In this document: piece after piece, positions 1-11,058 of the stretch | Layout of the letters: every line of letters begins with the position of its first letter | Position numbering within the stretch: position 1 is the stretch's first letter | Assembly: GCA_963817895.1 (NCBI GenBank) | Contig: CAWFQB010000004.1 | Span: 935,908 to 999,907 of the forward strand | Direction of reading: 5' to 3' | DNA length: 64,000 bases | From: an uncultured Chthonomonadaceae bacterium | Lineage (GTDB): Bacteria > Armatimonadota > Chthonomonadetes > Chthonomonadales > Chthonomonadaceae | Notes under the pieces: model-generated | The model's input: the letters and a program-made list of their open reading frames with translations, nothing else | What the model was told of the DNA's origin: nothing | Databases searched by the model: none | Made by a program: the position numbers and the translations under genes

Positions 1-2191
1 TTTGCGGGCTTTCTGATGCCCCGCGTGTCGGGTATGCGCCCCCTGTTCAATGTGTACAACCCCTCCACGCGCCGACAGGAACTGCCGCTTTTCAACTATC
101 TGTACCTGCATCGCGCCGCCCGCAATGTGAGCAGCGCGGTTCGCGCCCTGCACAACCGGGGCTATGTCATCGGCGACATCAACGAGTTCGAACCTGCTTG
201 TCACGGAAACCGCGCTCGTTACGCTGGTGGATACCGACTCGTTTCAGGTGCGCGACGAGAAAACCGGAACCGTGTACCGCTGTCCGGTCGGCAAACCCGA
301 ATTCACGCCGCCGGAACATCAGGGCAAAAACTTTCGGCAGATCACCCGCGCGGAAACAAGCGACCGTTTCGGGTTGGCCGTGCTGATTTTTCAACTGCTG
401 ATGGAGGGGGCGCATCCGTTTTCCGGCGTGTATCAGGGCGAAGAAGACCCGCCGCCCTATGAAACCCGTATCCAGAACGGGCATTATACCTACGGAACGC
501 GCCCGACGCCATTCAAACCCATGCCGCTTGCCCCGCCAATCACAATTTTGTGCTCCCAATCTCCGCGCCCTGTTTCTGCGTTGTTTCGAGGAGGGACACG
601 CTGCGCCCGACTTGCGCCCCGACGCGGCGACATGGGCAAACGCGCTGATGCAGGCCGAAGACGCGCTTGTAACCTGTGCCCGCAACGCGCAGCACCGTTA
701 CGGCAATCATCTATTGGCCTGCCCCTGGTGTGAGCGAACGGAACAACTGGGCGGGCGCGATCCCTTTCCCCTGCAAACATCCGCAGCCCTACGTCCGTCC
801 GGGCCGCGACACGCGCCGCGTAGAACCCAGACCCGACACTACGCCCCCGGCCATGTAAGAGCAATTGCCTCCCACGCCCGGACACACGCCAACAGTAATA
901 CGCCTGTACCTCTCCAGTCACCAGCCACCAGTCACCAGTCACCAACCTCCCCAACTGGCCGCTCGCGCCAAGCGTTCCAGCCCTCCACTACCGGCAATCC
1001 GGGGAACGTGAATTGGCCGGCGATGCCCAACTACCCGGCGGCGACCTGGACCGCGCTGAGTTTCATGATTTTGGCGCTGATGGTTCCCGGCTTTCACCTG
1101 TTCTTCGCCGTATTCGCGATGGCTGCCGCGCTTGTGGGCTGGTATATGCGGTAAAGCCGGAAGGTGGATGGCGGTCCTGTCGGGCATTACCGGCATGATT
1201 GTCGCGCTTGTCATACTGGCGGGCGCGGCGAACCGTTCGCTTGTGGTTTCCGATCTCCGCGCTATTGAAGAGAAAGGCCCCGTCCGTTCCGTCGCGTTTT
1301 CGCCGGACAGCCGAACCGTTGCCGTCGGCACGGAACGCAACGAGGATCAGCGACTGATTAACGGCGAGGCCGCGCTGTTCGATGTGCAGACGGGGGATAT
1401 GACGCGCCGGTTCGTGCAGAATATCCGGCCCTTCCAATATCGCGTCCGTCGCGTTTTCGCCCAATGGCGGCCTGTTCGCGGCAGGCACGAGCGCGGTTCT
1501 GGAACCGGGAAGCGTGAAACTGTGGGACACGCGGACGTGGCGATTGCGGCAGATTTTGACCGGTTTCAAAAGCGATGTGGAAAGCGTCGCTTTTTCTCCT
1601 GATAATATGCGGCTGGTGACAGGAAGCCGGGACAGAACTGTGGAAATATGGGATGTGGCAACCGGGGCCGCATTGCGGCTGCTGGATGCGCCTGGCGAGG
1701 TGTTTGCGGTTGCCGTTTCGCCGGATGGAACTCTGATTGCGGGGGGAAGCGGCTCGGCGGGTTCGGGCGAACCGGGGCGCGTCAGCGTATGGGACGCGCA
1801 TACGGGAACCCTGCTGTGGTCGAAGAAAGGGCATAGCGAACGCTGTACCTCGGTTGTCTTCTCGCCGGACGGCCAATCGCTAGGCAGCGCGGGCAACGAC
1901 AATACAATTCGCCTGTGGAACCCGCGTACCGGTAATCTGACCAAAATGCTGGAAGTCACCGGCGTCCTGACCGTCAACAGCATGGCCTTTTCCCCGGACA
2001 GCCAAAAAGTGGCCTGCGGCGGCAGCGATGGCAAAGCGCGTTTGTGGGACATTGCGAAGGGAAGCATTTTGCGCGCCTTCCCCGGCAACGACGCGACCAT
2101 AGAAACCATCGCCTTCGCGCCAGACGGCAAAATGCTGGCCTGCGGCGACCGCAACGGCGTCGTTAACTTGTGGCGCATACATGAGAATTAG
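1..2191 (+). CDS. YegI/TerY-associated-type protein kinase fused to a membrane segment and a C-terminal WD40 propeller (5'-partial; frameshifts near 190, 555, 1150, 1430)
   Basis: Joined ORFs 16-462, 164-733, 459-1154, 1132-1602 and 1514-2191. Motifs: GYVIGDIN-SNLLV, LVDTDSFQ, CPVGKPEFTPPE, DRFGLAVLIFQLLMEGAHPF, a Cys/His motif C..N..H...CPWCE, a hydrophobic stretch, then repeated VAFSPDG/IRLWD WD40 units. Confidence 0.75.
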
Positions 2192-2286
2192 GGGTAAGGG
2201 ATAAGAACAATGCGCGAGTTGAACAACGCTCTTCCTAATCACTTACCCCTTATCCCTTATCCCTTACCTGAGAGGAGTGTGAAATC

Positions 2287-3113
2287 GTGAAGATTGGAAT
2301 CAATCGCTGGACATTGCCGCCGCATTTGCCGCTGGCGGAATGTTTTACTTTGGTGGCGCAGGCGGGGTTTGACAGCATCGAAATTAACATTGCCGAAGAT
2401 GGCGAGTTGACGCCTGCGACGGATGAGCAGGGCGTGAAAGCGTTGGTAGCGCTGCGAAACAGGCGGGCGTGGGACTGTCGAGCGTGTCAACCGGGCTAGG
2501 CTGGAAATACCCGATTACGTCACCGGACGAGGGCGTGAGGAAGCAGGGCGCGGAGAACATTCGGGCCTCTTTGCAGGCCGCAAAGTGGATGGGCGTGGAT
2601 ACCATTCTGGTCGTGCCGGGGATTGTCAGCGATACGATTGCCTACGATGTGGCGTATGAGCGGGCGAAAGCCGTGCTGAAGGAAGTGGCTCCCGTCGCGC
2701 AGGATTTGGGCGTATCTGTGGGCGTGGAAAACGTGTGGAACAAGTTTTTGCTGTCGCCACTGGAATTTGCCCGCTTCATAGATGAGGTAAACGGGGAAGC
2801 GGGAACGGACAGCATTGGCGCGTATTTCGATGTGGGCAATGTGCTGCTGTATGGCTACCCGGATCAGTGGATACGCATTTTGGGCAAGCGTATTAAGAAG
2901 GTTCACGTCAAGGACTTCAAAACGGGCATCGGCAACGGACGCGCGTTCTGCAATCCGCTGCAAGGGGATGTTCCGTGGGCGCGGGTTCGGACGGCTCTGG
3001 AAGAGATCGGCTATGACGAATACATCACGGCGGAAGTGGAGGGCTACAAGACCGAGTTTGAGGTGGGCTTGAAGCACATTCAGGAGTTGCTGCGGGCGGT
3101 GTTCGGTGGCTGA
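2287..3113 (+). CDS. Sugar phosphate isomerase/epimerase, xylose-isomerase-like TIM barrel (frameshift near 2455)
   Basis: GFDSIEI, VGVENVWNKFLLSPLEFARFIDE, YFDVGNV, VHVKDF, GDVPW and GYDEYITAE motifs. Confidence 0.85.
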
Positions 3114-4364
3114 AGCGGAAGTAGAACCGGAAAAACTCCGCGCCGGGATAACGCGCCTGAGCCGTACCGTAATCGCGCTCGGCTTTGTCAGCCTGCTCAC
3201 GGATATGTCCAGCGAAATGGCGTATACGCAGGTACCCATTTACCTGACGGGCGTGTTGGGCGTCGGAGCGGTTTCCGTCGGCCTGATCGAGGGCGTGGCG
3301 GAAAGCACGGCCAGCCTGATGCGCCTCGTGTCCGGCTACTGGTCGGATAAAACCGGTAAACGCAAGCCCCTCACGGTTCTTGGCTATAGTTTCGGAGCCA
3401 TCAGCAAACCGCTCATGGCTCTGGCGTATGCGTGGCCGCTCGTCCTCCTCCTGCGCTTCGTAGATCGTTTCGGCAAGGGATTGCGAACCGCCCCCCGCGA
3501 CGCTCTGATTGCGGAAACCACGCCCAAAGAACTGCGTGGGCGGGCGTTCGGTCTGCACCGGACAATGGACACAACCGGCGCGGTACTCGGCCCACTCCTC
3601 GGACTGGCCTTTCTAGGCTGCCTGCACCGCTACGCCCACAGTTACGATTTAGGCCACAACCTGCGCCTGCTCTTCCTGTTCGCGGGCCTGCCCGGTCTGT
3701 TCGCCGTCCTGACGCTGCTGTTCGCCGTAAAAGAAGAAAAGGAGAAAAGGAGAAAAGGAGAAGAGGAGAAGGCGCAATCGTCAATTAGCAAGCCTGAATC
3801 AAAATTACGTCTGCCGATATGGAAAGACCTACAGCCTGCCTACAAACGTTTTCTGCTGGTGATTTTGCTGTTCAATCTGGGAAATTCCAGCGATGCGTTT
3901 CTGGTATTGCGGGCAACGCGAGTTTGGGCTTTACGCCGTCACAGATTTTGTGGCTGTACGCGGCGTTCAATGTGGTGGAAGCGGTTCTGGGCTATGGCGC
4001 GGGCATCTTGTCTGACAGGGTGGGGCGGCGTCCGCTCATCATTGCCGGCTACAGCGTGTTCGCGCTCGTGTATCTCGGTTTCGGATTGGCGAGTAGTAAA
4101 ACCGCAATCGTGGTTCTCTTTTTGCTGTATGGCCTCTACTACACCTTAACGCAGGGCGTACAGCGGGCATTTGCCGCCGACATGGCCGAACCCGCGCAGC
4201 GCGCCACGCAAATCGGCGCGTACCATACCATTGTCGGCCTCGCCCTGCTGCCCGCCAGCCTGATAGCGGGTATCTTATTCGACCTCAACCCCGCCCTGCC
4301 CTTCTATCTCGGCGCAACCACCGCCTGTCTCAGCGTCCTCCTGCTCGTAACACAAAAAAGGTAA
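3106..4364 (+). CDS. MFS transporter (frameshift near 3915)
   Basis: LGFVSLLTDMSSEM, SDKTGKRKPL, DRFGKGLRTAPRDALIA and SDRVGRRPL motifs; many hydrophobic helices. Confidence 0.88.
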
Positions 4365-4661
4365 ACCACGGAGAACACGGAGGATGAGGAGAGGATTGGG
4401 AACCGCCGAAACACACGAAATAAACGAAAAGGAAAAACAAAAAAGAGAAAAATGCAAAGGCGCAAACACGGATGACACGGATGTAGAAGATAGAGTTCGG
4501 AATTTCCTGAGTAATCCTGTTTATCCTGAAAAATCCCGTTAATCCTGTCTATTTCCCTGTAGCCTGTTTTGTTCTTTTATTTTTCCTTTTTTCGTTTGTT
4601 TCGTGTGTTTCGCGGTTCCCACTCTCCTCTTCTCCTCTTCTCCTTTTCTCCTTTTCTTCCT
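4365..4661. repeat. Intergenic mosaic of nested short-period and inverted repeats between convergent MFS genes
   Basis: GGGAACCGCCGAAACACACGAAATAAACGAAAAGGAAAA (about 4398-4437) pairs with TTTTCC..TTCGTTTGTTTCGTGTGTTTCGCGGTTCCC (4581-4620). CACGGAG/CACGGATG 9-mers and TTCTCCTT 8-mers are also present. Confidence 0.75.
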
Positions 4662-6064
4662 CTATCCCATTGACTCGCTTTCCAGTTGCGTAGGGCGGGG
4701 CGCATGAAGGGTGAACAGGGCGAGGAGGAAGGAGCCGATGAGGGCCAGTCCGCACATCAGGAAGGGCAGGCTATGCGCGGGCAGAGTGAGAGGGCCGAGC
4801 GCGATTGCGCCGAGCGGGTACAGCCATGCGCTGAAAGAACTGCCGGTAATCGCGCCCACCCCCTGCGCCGTTGCGACTGCGCCCACAACCGCGCCGCGCT
4901 GACTGGAACCCGCCTGTTCCGTCACAAGCGCCATCCACGCGGGAAACGCGAGGGAAAAGCCGGTTCCAATCAGGGTTCCCAATCCGATGAGAGTAAGATG
5001 GGACGGGAACAGCAGCAGCAGCCAGTAGGCAACCATGCACAACCCGATGCCCGCTTTTACAGCCAGCGCCTTGCCGATTTTATCGCCCAGTTTCCCCATC
5101 GGCACGGAAAGGACGCCGATGAACAGGGCGGGCAACACAAGCGTATTGCCATACCCCCGCTCCGTCATATGGAACGGCCCGCCGGGTTCCATAGCATACG
5201 TCTTAATGTACAGCATGATGAAGCCGATGCCCAAAAACGTCACAAACGTCATCAGCAGCGTCATGGGAATACGCTTCAGCATCGCCTTCAATTCGTCAAG
5301 GTGAATGGATTCGCCCGTGTGTCCATCCTTGCCGGTAACAGGCGTGAGTTTCGGCACAAAGATAATTGTGGCGATGGTGGTGAGCGCGAATAATACTGCC
5401 GCTAAATAAAAGGACGCTTCTTTGGAGTGCGCCAACGACATGTGCAGATCGGCTCGCGCCCAATGATTGATATTGCCGCCAAGAGACGGGCCGACAGCGA
5501 TACCGAAAATATACGCGACGTTGAACAGGCTCATGGCGGTCGCGCGCCGTTCTTCGGGAACGTGGTCGCCAATCAGACTGAACACAGCAGGCCACAAAGC
5601 CGCCGCGCCCACACCGTCTAGAACGCGCAGGCAGACGAGGGCGTAGGGATTATGCACGAGCGGGGTGAGCAGGGCGGTAAATGTGGACAAGATGGGGCCG
5701 GCAAGAATCAGCGGTTTGCGCCCGATACGATCCCCAATGCGCCCATCGGCCCCTTCAATGCGCCTTCCGTCAGTAGAAACGACGTGCCGATAATGCCGAC
5801 CCAGCGTACATCAAGGTGGGCCGTGTCTTTGATAAACACTGGCATGGCAGACAGGTTCACCAGCGCATACGCCAGTTCCGCCGAAGCGGACACGAACATA
5901 ATAGCGATCAGCAGCGCCATCACGCTTTGTCGCCAGTGCGTTTCTACCGGGATGGAGGCGGGCAAGGCAGGTATGTCAGCGGGCTTCCCGTTATGAGGCG
6001 CAGAAGAGGGCGGCGCTGCCTCCGTGGCGGCTTTCACCGGCTGCGAAGATGATGAGTTATTCAC
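4662..6064 (-). CDS. MFS transporter, drug:H+ antiporter-like (frameshift near 5710)
   Basis: Joined ORFs 5708-6064 and 4662-5690. LRVLDGVGAAALWP, GKLGDKIG and QRGAVVGAV motifs; hydrophobic helices. Confidence 0.85.
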
Positions 6065-6255
6065 GTATATCCCTCAAAAGAACATTATTTTGTACTGATT
6101 GTGATTCGGCGTAAAACGCGCCACTGCGATATGCCTGCGGACTAATTTCACGGCGTACTACTGCATACGGGAATGACACGGCAAATCGCAGCAACGCCAC
6201 TCGTCACCGCAATCTCAAAGCCATCAGATAGATACCCGTAATTTCTATTCACGCC

Positions 6256-6290
6256 AAAAACTGCGCCGTCCGATGAGACAGACGGCGCAG
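6256..6290 (-). terminator. Rho-independent terminator of the Gfo/Idh/MocA gene
   Basis: Perfect 10-bp stem CTGCGCCGTC/GACGGCGCAG, with AAAAA at 6256-6260 giving a U-tract on the minus strand, 35 nt past the stop. Confidence 0.75.
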
Positions 6291-6324
6291 CAAGGGTCTG
6301 AGTTTCAGAGTAAGAAATGTGTCG

Positions 6325-7423
6325 CTAATCTATCGTCACTTCGCGCTTCAGTTCCGCCGACTTGTAAATGGCGTCCATGATTTTGGCGACCATCAGGCCG
6401 TGTTCGCCGGTGACGAGCGGGGGCTTGTTGTCGCGGACGCACTCGACGAACGCTTTCATTTCCGCATGGTGCGTATTGATGTTGTTGCCGCCGGGAATTT
6501 TGGGCGAGTAGCTGAACACGCTGCGATGCCGCTCCTGCGTGATGCTGAACGGGTACGCTTCCGCGCCGCCTTCGGAACCGAGCAGGGTAACGTTATGTAC
6601 TTCGTCCTTGATATTGGCGACGAAACTGGATTCCAGCACAATCGTCGCGCCGTTGTCAAAGCGGATTAAGGCGGCGGCCATATCCTCGACCGTGAAGTTC
6701 TTGTAATCCCACTGCCCCATGAAGCCCACAACGTCGTCGCGCTTGCCGAACTGCTGGTACGTGACGCCACTGGCCGCAACCGGTTTTGGATGCCCCATGA
6801 ACCAGAGGGTCAGGTCGAGGACATGGACGCCGATGTCAATCAGTGGCCCGCCGCCCTGCTTGCTCTTGTCAATAAACACACCCCAGCCGGGAATACCGCG
6901 CACACGCAGAGCATTGCGCGCGGGCGTAGTAGATGTCGCCCAGTTCGCCCGCGTCAATAAAGCGTTTCAGCGCCTGATTGGACGGCTGAAAGCGGCTGTT
7001 GTAGCCGATTTGAAGAAATTTGCCGTTCTTTCTCGCGGTTTCGACCATTTCCGCGCCCTGCTGCGCGTTCATGGCAATCGGCTTTTCGCAGAGGACGTGC
7101 TTGCCTGCGTTGAGCGCGTCAATTGTCGGCTGATAATGAACGTAGTTGGGAGTGCAAACCGATACCGCGTCAATTTCCGGCATTTCCAGTAGCTTTTTGT
7201 AATCCTCAAACTTGTGCGGAACATCCGGGTATTTCGCGCTCGTTTTTTCCAGCGCAACCGGGTCAATGTCGCAGATGGCGAAAATCTCGCAGTCATCGGG
7301 TATCTGCGAATAGCCGGGCAGGTGCGCGCCATTGGCAATCCCGCCCGTGCCGATCACGCCGATACGAACTTTCTTCTTGGGCGCGGCAACGGATGTTTCG
7401 GAAAAGGGGCTTGTGTTCGTCAT
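6325..7423 (-). CDS. Gfo/Idh/MocA family oxidoreductase (frameshift near 6915)
   Basis: IGVIGTGGIA Rossmann motif, AGKHVLCEKP, GGGPLIDIGVHVLD. Confidence 0.92.
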
Positions 7424-7603
7424 AATGCCTGACTCCTTTGTGAGGTGAATGAAGGCAGCCAAGCCGAACGTCAGGAAGCAGGAAGCGGGCAAGGCTGTCG
7501 CGCCGCATAGTTCACCATGAGCGTAAAGAGTTCCTTCAAAATGACGGCAGATTTTCAACCCCTTTACGCCAGAACAAACAGGCTGATGTAGGGCAATTCA
7601 AAT

Positions 7604-7712
7604 TCAATCAAACTCGTCCTCTGAAATCGAGCTGCTTATCACGTCTTTTGTTGGCGTTGTTGGCGGGTGGACGCCGAGCAAGATGAGAGCGCGGTGAAGA
7701 TTAACCACGCCT
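7604..7712 (-). pseudogene. C-terminal remnant of an HNH-endonuclease-like gene
   Basis: A second minus-strand frame reads ATGVVNLHRALILLGVHPPTT...EFD*, resembling from recall the C-terminus of small HNH proteins (GxVNLRRxLxxxGxHPP). No N-terminus or HNH core is present. Confidence 0.45.
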
Positions 7713-7997
7713 GTGGCGGCAATGCTCTTCCGGCGTTAAGTTTTCCGCACGGCGTTTTACGACCAACGCATCATATTCTTGCCAGAGTTCTTCGGGCAAG
7801 CCTTTGTTGATTTCCAGCAACAACTCGGACTCTTCACGCGACAGGCGCGGCGGCAATTCTCTTGACGAGACAGAAGCGCGGCATACTCGTTCCTGAAGCG
7901 TGTTCAGAATAAAGTCGCTTTCATCCATGCCGACTTTAGCCGCTTCTTCCTGCAATTGCGCCTGTAGTTCCGAGGGTAGGTCAAGAGTAACTGTCAT
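7701..7997 (-). CDS. Small antitoxin-like protein, probably 3'-truncated
   Basis: MTVTLDLPSELQAQL N-terminus (RHH-like) and ESELLLEINKGLPEELWQEYDALVVKRRAENLTPEEH; ends abruptly. Confidence 0.6.
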   Translation of the reverse strand: MTVTLDLPSELQAQLQEEAAKVGMDESDFILNTLQERVCRASVSSRELPPRLSREESELLLEINKGLPEELWQEYDALVVKRRAENLTPEEHCRHRRG

Positions 7998-8021
7998 ATC
8001 ATGCCTCCATAAGCGAGAATA

Positions 8022-8768
8022 TCATTCATACTCATACGCCTTGATCCATTCCAGACGGCTGAAGTCGTTCGTTTTGTGGTAATGTTCGCGTAATGCTTCT
8101 AACACCTTTGGATAATAATACTCTTTCCGGCTATCCTGCGTGGCGTTTTCAAGAGTGATTTCCAATATATCTGCCCAACATTGCGCCGCGTCGGTTTCCA
8201 AAGCCTCAATAGCTTCCCAATAGGGGAGGCACAGGGGCAACATATTCTCATTTGATATTTCTTCGGCATCCAGGCTGTACGTCACCGGCGTACATGGATT
8301 AAAACGAAGCAGATTGATAATGGCGTAATGGTGTAACAGCAATTGCGCCGCGTGACAGGCCAAAGGCATGTTTGCGCGACGCATGGCATATTCTACGAGC
8401 AGTTTAATGGCATCATGAAAAACAGCCGTTCCGAACGGGCAATGCTGAATATATGTCCAGAGCGTCCGTTCGGAATTTTCCGGAGCGTCGAAAATGCCGA
8501 AGTGGTAACGCAACCACAAAGGAAAAACATCACAGCCATGATGGGGATGTGCCGGGTTAAAACTATCATCAGCCGCGCGCTGGAAGCCGAGTAGTTCCTC
8601 TTTGAAACGGGAGAGTTCCAACGCCGTCAAGCCATCAGGAGCCATTACAATGTTTTGCAGTTTTTCAACTGCGCCATCTACGCCATCTGCATAGAGCGCA
8701 TGGGTAACATTGCTGTGCAGAGTGAGGAAAAGTTCAGAAAACATTTCTGGCGTTATGTTATCGTCCAT
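8022..8768 (-). CDS. Hypothetical helical protein
   Basis: Intact 248-aa ORF, more AT-rich than its neighbours; no recognised motif. Confidence 0.6.
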   Translation of the reverse strand: MDDNITPEMFSELFLTLHSNVTHALYADGVDGAVEKLQNIVMAPDGLTALELSRFKEELLGFQRAADDSFNPAHPHHGCDVFPLWLRYHFGIFDAPENSERTLWTYIQHCPFGTAVFHDAIKLLVEYAMRRANMPLACHAAQLLLHHYAIINLLRFNPCTPVTYSLDAEEISNENMLPLCLPYWEAIEALETDAAQCWADILEITLENATQDSRKEYYYPKVLEALREHYHKTNDFSRLEWIKAYEYE

Positions 8769-8777
8769 GTTGAAATG

Positions 8778-9329
8778 TTATGGCGATGGAAATAGATTAT
8801 CAACGGACATGCGCCAGTTAGGAACGGCAGGTTCCGCATCGGCAATTTGGCCGCGCTGGAAGATTACAGGCGTATTCGGACTGGTCGCGCTGTACTTCTT
8901 TACCACATCAGGAATGAGCAAATCTACATCCCAAACAACCATCGTTCCGGCGGCGAAGTAATCGGCGCGTTTTGCAGCCATTTCCTGCTCGGCTGCCAGC
9001 CCGTAATCGTTTTCGCTGCGCACTTCGGCAGCGAAAACGGGCGCGCCCTCATAGAAGCGCATGCCCGGATCAGGCCCGGCAAAAAACGCCGCATCGGGGC
9101 TGAAAGAGCCGCGACCGGGCAAATCTACGCGGAAACCTTTGTTGTCGCTGACAGCCCTGCCGTATTGGGATTGGCGCGCGTGAGCATGGAGAGACACGAA
9201 GATTTCATCCCCGGCATAACCCGGCATTGCCCCTGTCGGACACAGATGTACAATCTCCCCATTGAGCAACTCCGCTTTGCCGGGTATTTCAAAGAGATCA
9301 TCAATGGTAGCCCGCATTTGGGTTGTCAT
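8778..9329 (-). CDS. Uma2 (DUF820) family putative restriction-like endonuclease
   Basis: KAELLNGEIV, FSPDAAF, PVFAAEVRSEND and KRADYFAAGTMVVWDVD. Confidence 0.9.
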   Translation of the reverse strand: MTTQMRATIDDLFEIPGKAELLNGEIVHLCPTGAMPGYAGDEIFVSLHAHARQSQYGRAVSDNKGFRVDLPGRGSFSPDAAFFAGPDPGMRFYEGAPVFAAEVRSENDYGLAAEQEMAAKRADYFAAGTMVVWDVDLLIPDVVKKYSATSPNTPVIFQRGQIADAEPAVPNWRMSVDNLFPSP

Positions 9330-9404
9330 TTGCGTTTTTCTTCATTCAAGCCGTTGCCGCTCCCACATACTGCAACTCCCGAACACCGAATACCGAACAC
9401 TGCC

Positions 9405-9898
9405 TTATCGGTAGTTGGAAAACTCCACGTCGAAGGGCAGGTCTTCCTGTGAGCGGATGAGTTTCTGCACGGCTTGCAGCGCGTCTTTGTCCTTGCCGGT
9501 GACGCGCAGTTGTTCGCCCTGTATCTGCGCGTTCACTTTGATGCCCGCGTCCTTGATGAGTTTGACCAGTTTCTTGGCCTCGTCCGTCGGGATGCCCTGC
9601 CGCAGCGTGATCGTCTGCCGCGCCGTGCCCCGCGAACCCGCTTCGATCTTGCCGTATTCCAGCGCTTTGAGCGAGATGTTGCGCTTCGCCATTTTGCCGC
9701 GCAGAATGTCGATGAGCGTGGTCAGATGAAACTCATCGTCGGAAAGCAGTTTGAGGTGTTGTCTTCCAGTTCCAGCGTACTTTTTGTTTCGCGAAAGTCG
9801 TAGCGGGACGCGATCTCCTTTTCGGTCTGGTCAATCGCGTTCTTCACTTCCGTCAAATCCACTTTGGAAATCACATCAAACGAAAATTCGGCTGCCAT
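9405..9898 (-). CDS. yajQ: YajQ family nucleotide/c-di-GMP-binding protein (frameshifted near 9720-9790)
   Basis: Start reads [29 protein letters not shown]-terminus [22 protein letters not shown]...FSNYR. Confidence 0.9.
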
Positions 9899-9906
9899 GA
9901 TAATTT

Positions 9907-10827
9907 TTACTCTCCTAACTGTTCTTTGCAGGTGCGCAGCAGGCCGTCTACCGCCAGTTTCAGCGACGTGAGCGCGTCCTGGATCTGGCGCAGTTCGGGG
10001 TGGGGCAGGCGCGACAGTTCCAGGCCGGACAGGGACGGCAAAAAGTCCATGATGCGCTGCGCGTGCGGGGAAATGCGAACCGGGCCGCTGCTCAGTTCCA
10101 TATCTCCGACCGCGTCGGCAAGCGGGTCGCCCGCGTCCTGAAAAAACTTGACGAGATGATCGGAAGGGCTGTCCAGAATCTCTTTCGATTTTTCCGGGTG
10201 CTTTTTCAGCGCCTTGACCAGATTGCCCGTATCGTCGCTGTTGAGTTTCTGGTCGCGGATTCGCTCCACGACAGCCGTTTGCAGTTCCGGCTCCTCGTTC
10301 AGTTGTTTCAGAAAGCGGGCGTGTTTTTCCGTCAGCTGGCCGTCGGAGGGGCGGTTGGGACTGGAAACAATCGCTTCGCCGATGTCGTCGGGCAGGGCCA
10401 GCAGGTCGAGCAGATAGCCGACGGTACGCTCCGAAAGCGCGAGCCGTTTGGCGATTTCGCGGTTGGTCAGGTTCAGCGTGCCCTTGACGTGCTGAATGGC
10501 GCGTCCTTTTTCCAGCGGCTGCAAATCTTCGCGCTGCAAATTCTCGATCAGCTGTTCCGTCAGCCGCTCATCGGGATTGATGGCCTTGTCTTTGACGACG
10601 CACGGCATGGCTTTCAGGTGCGCCATCGTCGCCGCCCGCCAGCGCCGCTCGCCCGTCACGATCTTAAACTTGCCCGCGTCCTGCAAGGGCGTTACGGTAA
10701 TCGGGTTGAGCATCCCGTGCTGCCGGATGCTGTCGGCCAATCCCTGCAAACTCTCTTCGCTGTGATGCTTGCGCGGCTGATCGGTGTCTTCCACAATCTG
10801 CGCGGTTTCTATCTGCTTGATTTCCAC
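9907..10827 (-). CDS. ParB/Spo0J family protein (no adjacent ParA)
   Basis: [36 protein letters not shown] and [18 protein letters not shown]. Confidence 0.88.
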   Translation of the reverse strand: MEIKQIETAQIVEDTDQPRKHHSEESLQGLADSIRQHGMLNPITVTPLQDAGKFKIVTGERRWRAATMAHLKAMPCVVKDKAINPDERLTEQLIENLQREDLQPLEKGRAIQHVKGTLNLTNREIAKRLALSERTVGYLLDLLALPDDIGEAIVSSPNRPSDGQLTEKHARFLKQLNEEPELQTAVVERIRDQKLNSDDTGNLVKALKKHPEKSKEILDSPSDHLVKFFQDAGDPLADAVGDMELSSGPVRISPHAQRIMDFLPSLSGLELSRLPHPELRQIQDALTSLKLAVDGLLRTCKEQLGE

Positions 10828-10842
10828 AAAATCTCCTCCGTT

Positions 10843-10956
10843 GGTGTTCGGTATTCGGTGTTTGGTGTTCGGGTCAATGCCAGAAGTTTGGAAGTTTACC
10901 TTAGTCGCGGCAAGAGCATGATCAGCCGAACACCAAACACCGAATACCTGAACACC
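10843..10956. repeat. Inverted clusters of CCGAA(C/T)A heptamers
   Basis: GGTGTTCGGTATTCGGTGTTTGGTGTTCGG faces CCGAACACCAAACACCGAATACC. The same unit occurs at 9379-9400, 36315-36347 and 54470-54503. Confidence 0.8.
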
Positions 10957-11058
10957 TGTCTATACTGTGCGCCATTATAGCACTCACAGGGAGACGTGTC
11001 AACGCGGGCGCGTGGAAAAGTGGCGCGGCGGATGTGGCGGCATATAAAGAACGGGGAG

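Noticed and set aside
1063..2178. Long antisense ORFs (for example 1063-2178, 10000-10980, 14825-15961, 60674-61594)
   Set aside because: These are shadow frames of well-supported genes on the opposite strand in GC-rich DNA and carry no motifs.
7452..7500. SRP (4.5S) RNA-like motif GTCAGGAAGCAGGAAGC in a hairpin
   Set aside because: It lacks the stem closing a GNRA tetraloop between CAGG and AGCA, and the long flanking helix is missing.
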